A stretch of 27,040 nt of DNA from Nostoc sp. DedSLP01 (GTDB taxonomy: Bacteria; Cyanobacteriota; Cyanobacteriia; Cyanobacteriales; Nostocaceae): contig JAVRCJ020000063.1 of NCBI GenBank assembly GCA_034530875.2, forward strand, positions 1 to 27,040, read 5' to 3'. The notes below the pieces were generated by a model, which ran no database searches, was not told the DNA's origin, and worked only from the letters and a program-made list of their open reading frames with translations. Positions 10,153-18,132 of this stretch are shown here, piece after piece. The translations under genes and the position numbers were made by a program. Position 1 is the first letter of the stretch. Every line of letters starts with the position of its first letter.

Positions 10153-12591
10153 TTAAATGAATTCAATATCTCCAAATAAATGTGGCGGAATCTGTTCTTT
10201 CGGTAGAAGTAAATTGTCAATCAGTTCTTCTCGCAAACCTTTAATAGTGTAGCGACTTTCTTGGATACAATCCAACAAAAGATTACTAACATAAAGGTAG
10301 TTATCTAGAGCTTTAGCATCCTCTTCCGAAAATTGCACATTATAACCAATATCTAGCTGTTCAAGCATCACATTTTGTAATTCATCTGCCCACTGTTTCC
10401 ATTCTAAGGTTGGACTATTATTAGCAGGTTGACGAGATTGTAAAAATTTTAGGGCATCTGCTAAATTAGCATTACTATTTTCTAGTGCGATATTAATTGT
10501 TTCCTGTAATTTAGATTCAAAAGTAAAATTCTCATCAACCTCTAGACGGGTTTGAATAAATTTACTAGATTCATAAATTTTCCAGCTTCTCTTTGATGCT
10601 TTATCGCTAGCAAAACTATGTATAATTGATAAATTTTTTGCAAGTAAATCTTTAAAATTGCTAAGAATAATTTTATCATATTTTTTATTAATTTCTCTCA
10701 GTTTTATAGACAAGCTTTCGGCAGTACTACGGTCTATATTTATGTCATTATCAATATATAAATCTATATCTAAATCTATTGTTAAGTAAAAAGCTCTCCA
10801 CGAAGCAGACGAAAGCTCTAGTGTTTTTGTTGTTAGTTTATATAGCCATTTCAGCATTTTTTGTAATTCATCGTTTTTAACTAGTTCATTTGCATAGTAA
10901 AAAATTAATTTTATAAAATCGTCAGCATCAGCTTTTGGCAATCGACAAGCAATAATGACAAATACTTCTCGCCAATGGCAATCTGTTAAATGTTCTTTTG
11001 TAATTTGCTTTAAGAGTCCAGGAACACGGCTTTCATATATATATTGGGCAGTAAAATACTCCTGAAAAGTTAAATGCGAAAAAGCATAAATTCCTTGAGC
11101 CGCTTCAGCAATCAGACCATGATGTGTTTCAAGAGATTTCAAAAATAATTGGCTATCCTCATCTAAGTTTTGAGGCTCAAACCCATCAATATTTTCAAGA
11201 AATTTACGAATTTTTGCTCCTAGTTCAAACTTATGCCAAAAGTATTTTTGTGGTTTTTGAATAAATGCATCATAGGCTATTTCTGCCAAAATATTAATTT
11301 TAAGATGGCGTGAGAGTTTGTCTGAAGAAGTTGTGTCATGTTGGATTTTACGACTAGTATCCCACCTTTTTAATAGTACTTCTACTGCATCTTGATACAA
11401 TTGATATCTATTTATAGGTAAATCATAATTATCTCCAGCAACCAAGCATAATAAAGTTAGCAATAATGGATTCTTTGCTAAGTCTTTGATAGATGGATTT
11501 GCATTCAGTTTACGCAAAAAATTCTCTAGTTTATCCTTATTTTGGCTTTGCTTAAACCATTGATTTATGAAGCTTTCTATTTCTTCATCGTTAAAATCTG
11601 CTATCTCTACTTCGGCAAATTCTTTAAAAACATATTCACAGGCTCCATGACGGCAAGTAATAATCATCTGATTTCTACTATACCTTTCATTCAAATCCTC
11701 AATACTTTTATATATATCATAAGTATCTCTAGCTAAAACTTCATCTAAACCATCTAATAAAATCAAGCATTTACCCTTGTCCAAGTAGTCTAAAATCAAC
11801 TGGTCTACATCCTTCCGAATATGTTTTACTTCATCAGGAATCCATTTAGCAAACTCTTGAAGAATACAATTAATTAAGTTTTGTTTATTTTCAGATTCTG
11901 CAAATTTTTTTAGAGATATAAAAAACGGTAAAGGTTTTTCTGATGTATCTTCTTCAGTAAATCCATGCATAGCTATATACTTTAAAAAAGTAGTTTTACC
12001 TGCACCTGCCATTCCCCATATCATCAGCTTGTTATGTTTTTTTACTACGTCTAATCCTGGAATTCCTTTTTCGTGGACTACCTGGCCAAATCTGTTACAA
12101 TCTAGCTTATTATCTTCTAATTCTTGTATACTTGTTACTCGCCTTCCTTTGATACTTTCGATAATATTCACTTTGATAAAAATATCATCTAAATCAATAG
12201 GTTCTCTCATTGATAATATTTTTACAGTTTTACATTCCTTCGTCAGATGTGCTAAATAAGATTCATAAGAATGTAACCAGCTTTTTTGGACAAATGTAGT
12301 TGGTGTAGTTACAGGAGCAAATTTTTTGACTGCTTGTTGATAACTTTTACATCCTTCTAGTAAAACATTACATAAGTAATTAAGATTTTTCTCCTGCATA
12401 TTTGGTGTAGCATTGGAATTGAAAAAATTACGTATTGTTCTCTCTGAAATCAGATGCTCGTCTTTAGCAAGGTAATGTGGAGACTGGGAGTCAAGTTTTA
12501 ACATGAGAACCGTAGGAGAACCACCACATTTTTCGCTATAGGCGTGTTTTAGCTCATTAAAAACTTGCCGATCGACTTGAATTGCTGCCAT
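10153..12591 (-). CDS. NACHT (STAND) NTPase with N-terminal HTH-like domain and C-terminal helical (NCH2-like) domain
   Basis: Walker A GMAGAGKTT, Walker B LILLDGLDEV, ITCR, NPLLL, FSHLTFQEYFTA, WREV; N-terminal ISERTIRNFFN helix; C-terminal W..W...L....DIGY...FSEED...L.NYL. Confidence 0.92.
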   Translation of the reverse strand: MAAIQVDRQVFNELKHAYSEKCGGSPTVLMLKLDSQSPHYLAKDEHLISERTIRNFFNSNATPNMQEKNLNYLCNVLLEGCKSYQQAVKKFAPVTTPTTFVQKSWLHSYESYLAHLTKECKTVKILSMREPIDLDDIFIKVNIIESIKGRRVTSIQELEDNKLDCNRFGQVVHEKGIPGLDVVKKHNKLMIWGMAGAGKTTFLKYIAMHGFTEEDTSEKPLPFFISLKKFAESENKQNLINCILQEFAKWIPDEVKHIRKDVDQLILDYLDKGKCLILLDGLDEVLARDTYDIYKSIEDLNERYSRNQMIITCRHGACEYVFKEFAEVEIADFNDEEIESFINQWFKQSQNKDKLENFLRKLNANPSIKDLAKNPLLLTLLCLVAGDNYDLPINRYQLYQDAVEVLLKRWDTSRKIQHDTTSSDKLSRHLKINILAEIAYDAFIQKPQKYFWHKFELGAKIRKFLENIDGFEPQNLDEDSQLFLKSLETHHGLIAEAAQGIYAFSHLTFQEYFTAQYIYESRVPGLLKQITKEHLTDCHWREVFVIIACRLPKADADDFIKLIFYYANELVKNDELQKMLKWLYKLTTKTLELSSASWRAFYLTIDLDIDLYIDNDINIDRSTAESLSIKLREINKKYDKIILSNFKDLLAKNLSIIHSFASDKASKRSWKIYESSKFIQTRLEVDENFTFESKLQETINIALENSNANLADALKFLQSRQPANNSPTLEWKQWADELQNVMLEQLDIGYNVQFSEEDAKALDNYLYVSNLLLDCIQESRYTIKGLREELIDNLLLPKEQIPPHLFGDIEFI

Positions 12592-12823
12592 TTATAACCT
12601 CTTATAATGTGCTAGTTTTCTCAAACTGTATTACTATAAAATTAATATGGTAATCCTATCTAATTTATGAGAATTCAAATCTGAGAAATAAGAATGTTAT
12701 TTCTCAGGAATAAAGATTTGCTATATAGGAATTAATTTATTCTCAAAAAAATTAATACTTCAAGCTAACTTTCAACACTGGCTAATCTTCTATGATAAAG
12801 CTAAAAAGTATGCTTTATATAAA

Positions 12824-12853
12824 ATTGCCGTTTATTACCGCTTATTGCCGCTA
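12824..12853. promoter_or_regulatory. Three 10-bp-phased direct repeats ATT(G/A)CCG, candidate operator
   Basis: attgccgttt-attaccgctt-attgccgcta, about 230 bp upstream of the NACHT start. Confidence 0.65.
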
Positions 12854-12891
12854 AATGCTTTGAAACTTTGGGAGAAATGTTTGATTAAATT

Positions 12892-12918
12892 AAAAAACCC
12901 CCAGTATTTGCTGGAGGT
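12892..12918 (-). terminator. Intrinsic terminator after the 70-aa ORF
   Basis: Minus strand ACCUCCAG-caaaua-CUGGGGGU then UUUUU. Confidence 0.7.
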
Positions 12919-12954
12919 AGTAGTTTAATAGAGAATCCAAAGTTGATTGTTGCT

Positions 12955-13167
12955 TTAGTTTTTACCAGCTTTTTCCCGAATTGCTGGGATTAAGACCTGA
13001 ATTAGCCCAGTTACTGCTCGCAATAAAATCGCAGTTGCAATCATAAAGCTGACTGTACTATTAGTTGGCAACTCGTGTATCGGTTCTGTTGGTAAAGATG
13101 GTGAAATACAGGAATCTATTTCTATACATGTATTAAGGTTCGTTTGCTGTTCTTCGTTGTTAAGCAT
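12955..13167 (-). CDS. 70-aa small protein with a C-terminal hydrophobic helix
   Basis: GAGGA Shine-Dalgarno before ATG 13167; FMIATAILLRAVTGLIQVLIPAI then basic tail REKAGKN; terminator downstream. Confidence 0.7.
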   Translation of the reverse strand: MLNNEEQQTNLNTCIEIDSCISPSLPTEPIHELPTNSTVSFMIATAILLRAVTGLIQVLIPAIREKAGKN

Positions 13168-13195
13168 TGTGATTTCCTCTTGAGGATTAAAGCGC

Positions 13196-13306
13196 AAACC
13201 CAGAGGAATTCCATATCATATTCTAAGAAGTATGATAACCTTGAAATTAGATAATAAAGTTAGTGGTCTAGGAAGCCTCTGGGTTTCAACCTAGGCCATT
13301 TTTTTT
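13196..13306. promoter_or_regulatory. Structured leader or antisense RNA region with competing stems
   Basis: aaacccagagg 13196-13206 / cctctgggttt 13276-13286; tatcata 13214-13220 / tatgata 13231-13237; tggtctagg 13264-13272 / cctaggcca 13290-13298 followed by T8. Confidence 0.6.
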
Positions 13307-13518
13307 CCCCTTGAATATAGTATTACAGAGCATAACGGCATTCCAGATGTGTATTAACAGGTAATACGAGTGAAATTAACGGAATTTTAGTGTCTTAAGC
13401 TACTAAGTTTTACACTCATTTTTTAGAGTTATTTTTTTAGTACTAAGCCTTCTATCTTTTTGCTTAATTAATTAAAATTTATCCTATCTCTAAAGATTGA
13501 AAACCATTTATTACTTGA

Positions 13519-13628
13519 TATAGGAATCCAATTTGATTTTAAAATCACTCCTACAGAGAGGGAACCGAGAACAGTAAAAAGTAATAAAGGTGTACTTAGC
13601 TTCCCAACAATCAAATATTAGCCCTATA
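13519..13628. mobile_element. Decayed MITE-like short element
   Basis: Imperfect terminal inverted repeats tataggaatccaatttgatt / aatcaaatattagccctata; a similar end (tcaaataagattgctata) occurs near 20263-20280. Confidence 0.45.
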
Positions 13629-13917
13629 GTAAGCTCGTTACATAGATAGACAAAATTAAAGTATCAGAACAAAGACTAAGGGCTAATAAAAGTTCTCTTT
13701 TTTGCCCTCTGTCTTGTCTGAACACTAAATATTAACATCAATATACTCTCGCAAGAGTAGGAGAAGCATCTTAAAGTACAGGCGTTACGTATATGTAACA
13801 AAAAATAAACCATATAGGACATAAAAGACACGGAGAAATTAGAGTTTTCTAGTGTTATTGCTTAAGCCCTAAAGTAAAAAAAATACTTGGTTTTCTTCTT
13901 TATTAGTTGATTGTTTT

Positions 13918-14097
13918 TTACTTGTCGAGTGCAATCTGTTTAGCAGATGTTATACTCTCATTCTCTTGGTCTTCAAGATGTCCAAAATAATTCTTTGCTA
14001 ATAAATCTTCCCCACAACAGCCGTCTTTCCATCTGTCGCCTGCCTTATGTTTGCATACATTTTTAACCAGACTTTTATTTATAGGAGTTTGGCTCAT
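13918..14097 (-). CDS. 59-aa Cys/His-containing small protein, not in the ORF track
   Basis: MSQTPINKSLVKNVCKHKAGDRWKDGCCGEDLLAKNYFGHLEDQENESITSAKQIALDK*; GAGGT Shine-Dalgarno and TATACT -10 (14139-14144) upstream. Confidence 0.6.
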   Translation of the reverse strand: MSQTPINKSLVKNVCKHKAGDRWKDGCCGEDLLAKNYFGHLEDQENESITSAKQIALDK

Positions 14098-14150
14098 GGT
14101 TACTTACCTCTGTGACTTAGAAATGTCTCAATCCAAAAAGTATACATTTA

Positions 14151-14202
14151 AACGGTAATAAGCGGCAATTAGCGGCAATATTGCAATATTTTAAGCGGTT
14201 TT
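14151..14202. promoter_or_regulatory. Three 10-bp-phased CGG(C/T)AAT repeats plus one partial copy, inverted relative to 12824-12853
   Basis: aacggtaata-agcggcaatt-agcggcaata ... aagcggtt, immediately upstream of the TATACT -10. Confidence 0.65.
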
Positions 14203-14273
14203 TTAGAGACAAAAATTATGTATTTTTAGTAGTATATTTTACATAAATACTGTAATAAGCAGTTTTTATAAAT

Positions 14274-14312
14274 AAAAAAAGGTAGTAACATTAACTGCTA
14301 CTGCCTTTTTTT
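14274..14312. terminator. Bidirectional-type intrinsic terminator
   Basis: A7-ggtagtaaca-ttaac-tgctactgcc-T run, downstream of the 14351-14620 gene. Confidence 0.6.
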
Positions 14313-14350
14313 AAAGTTATTCTTGTAATTTCTTACTGCATCAACTGTTA

Positions 14351-14620
14351 CTAACGATTGTATTCATCTGCGGGGTCGCCGTAGGGGTCTTCGCTGGCTG
14401 GGCGGACATCGCCGTAAGATGCTATATCTGCGGGGTCGCCGTAAGGGTCTTCGCTGGCTGGGCGAACATCGCCGTAAGATGCTATATCTGCGGGGTCGCC
14501 GTAGGGGTCTTCGCTAGCTGGGCGGACATTGCGATCGCGGTATTCTTTATCTAGTTCGCCTTGGTCGTTGTTCTGCCCCAAGAGGAAATCTTTCGCCTTT
14601 CGCAAAAAGTCATCTACCAT
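14351..14620 (-). CDS. Small acidic repeat protein (3x VRPASEDPYGDPAD)
   Basis: AGGAG before ATG; 20-aa in-frame repeats. Confidence 0.85.
   Translation of the reverse strand: MVDDFLRKAKDFLLGQNNDQGELDKEYRDRNVRPASEDPYGDPADIASYGDVRPASEDPYGDPADIASYGDVRPASEDPYGDPADEYNR
14366..14529. repeat. 60-bp coding tandem repeat, about 2.7 copies
   Basis: Units start at 14366, 14426 and 14486 and are nearly identical. Confidence 0.92.
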
Positions 14621-14696
14621 AATTTATCTCCTGATTTAAGTTCGTGTTTCCGACATTGGCGATCGGCGTTATCCTCCAAGAAAACGCTTTGCCGAT

Positions 14697-15185
14697 TTAA
14701 AGTGCCGGAGCTGCCGATGAAGTGATGCCAGTTAGATCGCGGCCTGAAGAACTGCCGTTATATCCTTGAAATTGCCGATACTGTTGCGCTTCAGACTCCG
14801 GCACTCGAATTCCTTCTGATGGTGGAGTTACCCAGTGAGCGCGGTGTTCGGCATCGCGGTAGTATACACGCCCATTCTTGGAAAGGTAGTACTTACCTTG
14901 CGCTCCTTCTTGTGGAGCATTTTTATGCTGGTTGTAGAGGTAGTAAAGTGCTGCTGCACCTGCCAAAATAGCCACTTTTTGACCGCCAGACAAGCCTTTT
15001 TTAGCTTGGGTTTGGGTGTTGCGATCGCTGACTGTTCTACCAACGGTATCATCAACAGGTGGTGGTACATTGGCACTCCGGGAACCTCCTCCGCAGCTAC
15101 TCAGCAATGGCACTGTTAGCAATGCCGAAAGGAAGACAGCGAGCAAACGTGAAACTACTTTACGGTCTTTAAATATTGTAATCAT
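14697..15185 (-). CDS. Putative lipoprotein
   Basis: Signal peptide with lipobox LSSC (Cys31), a second hydrophobic helix, YYLSKNGRVYYRD motif. Confidence 0.8.
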   Translation of the reverse strand: MITIFKDRKVVSRLLAVFLSALLTVPLLSSCGGGSRSANVPPPVDDTVGRTVSDRNTQTQAKKGLSGGQKVAILAGAAALYYLYNQHKNAPQEGAQGKYYLSKNGRVYYRDAEHRAHWVTPPSEGIRVPESEAQQYRQFQGYNGSSSGRDLTGITSSAAPAL

Positions 15186-15515
15186 CGTATCTCATCATCA
15201 ACTACGTTTACTAAAAGCCTTGCTGTTGTAGCAACAGAGAGATAATTCCTATTATTTTGCATGAAATTGCAAAAACATTTACCGCTGATTTACAACAGCA
15301 CAATTACAGCGTTTCATTAAGCATAATGAGCGAATTTATTAAATATTTCGTCTTGCCTGTGAGAGAAATTGCTTTCATCCAAAGGAATATATTGTTGATT
15401 TCTGATGAATGAAAGACAAAAATATTCAGCAATTTCTCGGTTATTTTTCCCTAACCCAATAACTTCAAAAGATACAGGTACTACGATGATATTTGCTAAA
15501 TAAATACGCTAAATT

Positions 15516-16175
15516 ATGACATCAAAAAATACAACCCAAACCAAAACCCGCGTGCTGTTAGCTTTGTGGGATTTGGGAGGAATTGGGCAGCAAGTGAGTA
15601 AAGGTTTACTCACGAAACGAATTGTATCCAAAAATAAAAAGGTAGCAGATTATCAAGGCATATTCGAGGAATTACAGAGCCAAGGAGCGATCGCTATTTC
15701 CAAAAAGGGATATTCTCTGATATCTCCCAAGGGTTTGGAGGTATTGGGTGATGGTTTGAGGAGTGATGATTTTAAATTTGAGGGGACGATTGTCGGAACT
15801 TGGGCGGCGAATGCGTTGGTTAAGTGGATTAGTCAGATTAATGTTGCGGTTACTAGGACAGATGTAGCGGTTAATGGGAAGAGTGGGGCGATCGCTTCTT
15901 ATGACGAGTTTAAATCTGTGGCGTTGGAAGTCTACGACAAGTTGAACTATGAGTACAACTTTAATAATTTAGTGCCAATTTATCGCATTAGGAGAGAAAT
16001 CGGCGATCGGGTTAATCGTACAGAGTTTAATGATTGGCTACTCGAAACACAAGCCGATGATATTTTGCAACTACAAGGTGGGAGTGTAGAAGACAGCGCA
16101 CCTGACAAAATTGAAGATTCGGTAACTACAGAATTAGATGGATTACGCTGCTACGCCACACGTCTGCAACCTTAA
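15516..16175 (+). CDS. Putative tandem winged-helix DNA-binding protein (C-terminus recalls RcaD-family proteins)
   Basis: N-terminal RVLLALWDL...FEELQSQGAIAI...SPKGLEVL; C-terminal LVPIYRIRREIG...RTEFNDWLLETQADDILQL; first gene of an operon. Confidence 0.7.
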   Translation: MTSKNTTQTKTRVLLALWDLGGIGQQVSKGLLTKRIVSKNKKVADYQGIFEELQSQGAIAISKKGYSLISPKGLEVLGDGLRSDDFKFEGTIVGTWAANALVKWISQINVAVTRTDVAVNGKSGAIASYDEFKSVALEVYDKLNYEYNFNNLVPIYRIRREIGDRVNRTEFNDWLLETQADDILQLQGGSVEDSAPDKIEDSVTTELDGLRCYATRLQP

Positions 16176-16216
16176 ACCTTATTTAGCTTTTCACATAATA
16201 TTAACTTCACAAAATT

Positions 16217-18121
16217 ATGGCTGTTAGCACATCTACCATTGACGATCTGATTAGAAATCAAAACCCTTTTGCTGGGCATATTGTGGTCAGACCACAACAA
16301 ATCTGGGGTAAAAGCTTTCCTGATGTGCCTTCAATTAATGCTTACGTGTCTAATTCAGTTTTTGATGCCGTTGAGAAAGTCCGTAAAGGTAAACGTGAAA
16401 CTGTCGGTATCACAATCACAGCAGAAAAAGGCTTAGGTAAAAGCCATATTATTAGCCGGATTCGCCACCGCTTAAAGACAGAAGATGGCAGCTTATTTAT
16501 TTATATGAGTAAGTATGACAATCTGAACCAAATTAAATATCAATTTCTCCAAACAGTCGCCTCTAGCCTTAGAGCATTTGGAAGCCAAGATTTAATGCAA
16601 TGGCAAGAGGTTGCCGCAGCTTTAATTAACGAAGTAAAGCAATGGAATTATACACCACAACAATATATTAGTATGTATCCTAGTTGGTTAAGCAAATACT
16701 CAACTAAGGCTATAGATCATTTAACAGAAATTGTTTTGAAACTTAAGCCTGAAATAACCAACCCTTACATAGCGAGAGCAATTTTATGGACACTATCTAC
16801 AGTCCATGCTAATTTTGCAACCTACTGGCTATCTGGTTTGGAATTAACACAAACGCAAGCTGAAGCTATGGGATTACCTAATCCTAAAAGTGAGGATAGA
16901 GAAGCTGAAGCATTAAGTACTGTTCGTCAAATTCTAGATATTACTAGTCATTATCGAGTTCCAGTGATTTGTTTTGATGAATTAGATATTACAGATGCTG
17001 CTGATAATGGATTTTTAGCAGCACAAGTTGTCGCAAGCTTAGTTAAGGATTTATATAACAGCCTTAAACAAGGTGTTCTGGTCTTAGCGATGTATCCTCG
17101 TACTTGGGAAGACCAAATCAAGGCTTTGCCAGAAGCTGAAGCAGTTATAGATAGATTAGTAAGCGAGCAAACTGACAGACAGCCTATCAAATTAAGCTTT
17201 CTTAATTCTGATGATATTGTTGCTTTAGTGAGCCGATGGTTACAAGATTTTTATGATGAACATCAACAAACACCGCCTCATCCTGTCTACCCCTTTGATG
17301 AAATTAAACTCAGAGAACTTGGTAAGAGCAGACCAACTGTTAGATCGGTTTTAAAATGGTGTGCAGAAAACTTCATACCTCCTTTATCTCCAATTGAAGA
17401 AATATTACCTCCTCCGCCACCGCCTGGGCTAATATTGGGTCTACCACCACATGCGGTTCAACCATACTTCAATAATGAATTAGCAAATTTTGAGGCTTCT
17501 ATTGATTCATTAATGGAAGAAGATGCAACAATTGCTGAAGCTCTTTGGCTAGCTTTCAATAGTTTAATAGGTGAAACTTTAGAGGGAGTAACAATTAAAG
17601 ATATTGAAGAAATTGAAACTAGTGCAGGAGATAAGGGTTTTATTGATTTCAGAATCGTTGGCAATAATAGGAAGGTTAAGATCGGAGTAAGTGTAGTTCA
17701 GCAAGATGGCAAGTTTATAGGTGCTGCCTTAAATCGATTAATAGACTATAGAAAGTTTGATTTAACTCGCGGTTGCTTAGTTCGTTCAAAGAAGATTAAG
17801 CCGGGTGCAGGATTAGCTAGAGAACGTTTAAGAATACTGTTGAAAGAAAAGGGTGGAGAGTGGGTGGGCTTGCAAAGCCAAGATATTAAACCTCTTTTAG
17901 CTATCTATTTTGTTTGGTATAACAGAGATAGTTATCAAGTGACAGAAGAACAAATATTTGAATTTATTGAGCAAAAAAAATTAGCAATCAATAATCCTTT
18001 AATTCGAGAAATTCTCAGCGATCCTTCTGGGCAAGAACCTACTAATTTAACTGATGATGAATTACCTATTAGGATTCCTCAAAGTGTTACTACTACCGAT
18101 TATGTCGAACTAAATCTATAA
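16217..18121 (+). CDS. P-loop (AAA/STAND-like) ATPase
   Basis: Walker A AEKGLGKSH, Walker B VICFDELD, YPF...RPTVRSVL motif, poly-Pro linker, separate C-terminal domain. Confidence 0.85.
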   Translation: MAVSTSTIDDLIRNQNPFAGHIVVRPQQIWGKSFPDVPSINAYVSNSVFDAVEKVRKGKRETVGITITAEKGLGKSHIISRIRHRLKTEDGSLFIYMSKYDNLNQIKYQFLQTVASSLRAFGSQDLMQWQEVAAALINEVKQWNYTPQQYISMYPSWLSKYSTKAIDHLTEIVLKLKPEITNPYIARAILWTLSTVHANFATYWLSGLELTQTQAEAMGLPNPKSEDREAEALSTVRQILDITSHYRVPVICFDELDITDAADNGFLAAQVVASLVKDLYNSLKQGVLVLAMYPRTWEDQIKALPEAEAVIDRLVSEQTDRQPIKLSFLNSDDIVALVSRWLQDFYDEHQQTPPHPVYPFDEIKLRELGKSRPTVRSVLKWCAENFIPPLSPIEEILPPPPPPGLILGLPPHAVQPYFNNELANFEASIDSLMEEDATIAEALWLAFNSLIGETLEGVTIKDIEEIETSAGDKGFIDFRIVGNNRKVKIGVSVVQQDGKFIGAALNRLIDYRKFDLTRGCLVRSKKIKPGAGLARERLRILLKEKGGEWVGLQSQDIKPLLAIYFVWYNRDSYQVTEEQIFEFIEQKKLAINNPLIREILSDPSGQEPTNLTDDELPIRIPQSVTTTDYVELNL

Positions 18122-18132
18122 CTAAATTACAA

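Noticed and set aside
13744..13799. Short palindromes tactc/gagta and gttacgtatatgtaac
   Set aside because: Short, unlinked to any supported gene start, and lying among decayed repeats
12824..14180. Inverted CGG(C/T)AAT arrays as transposon ends
   Set aside because: No transposase or target duplication seen; the 10-bp phasing and promoter-proximal positions fit operators better
14229..14242. GTA-N8-TAC NtcA-like site
   Set aside because: No TAN3T -10 at the canonical distance on either strand; plausible by chance in AT-rich DNA
14366..14529. Regularly spaced repeats resembling a CRISPR array
   Set aside because: The intervening segments are identical, the 60-bp period is in frame within a CDS, and no cas genes are present
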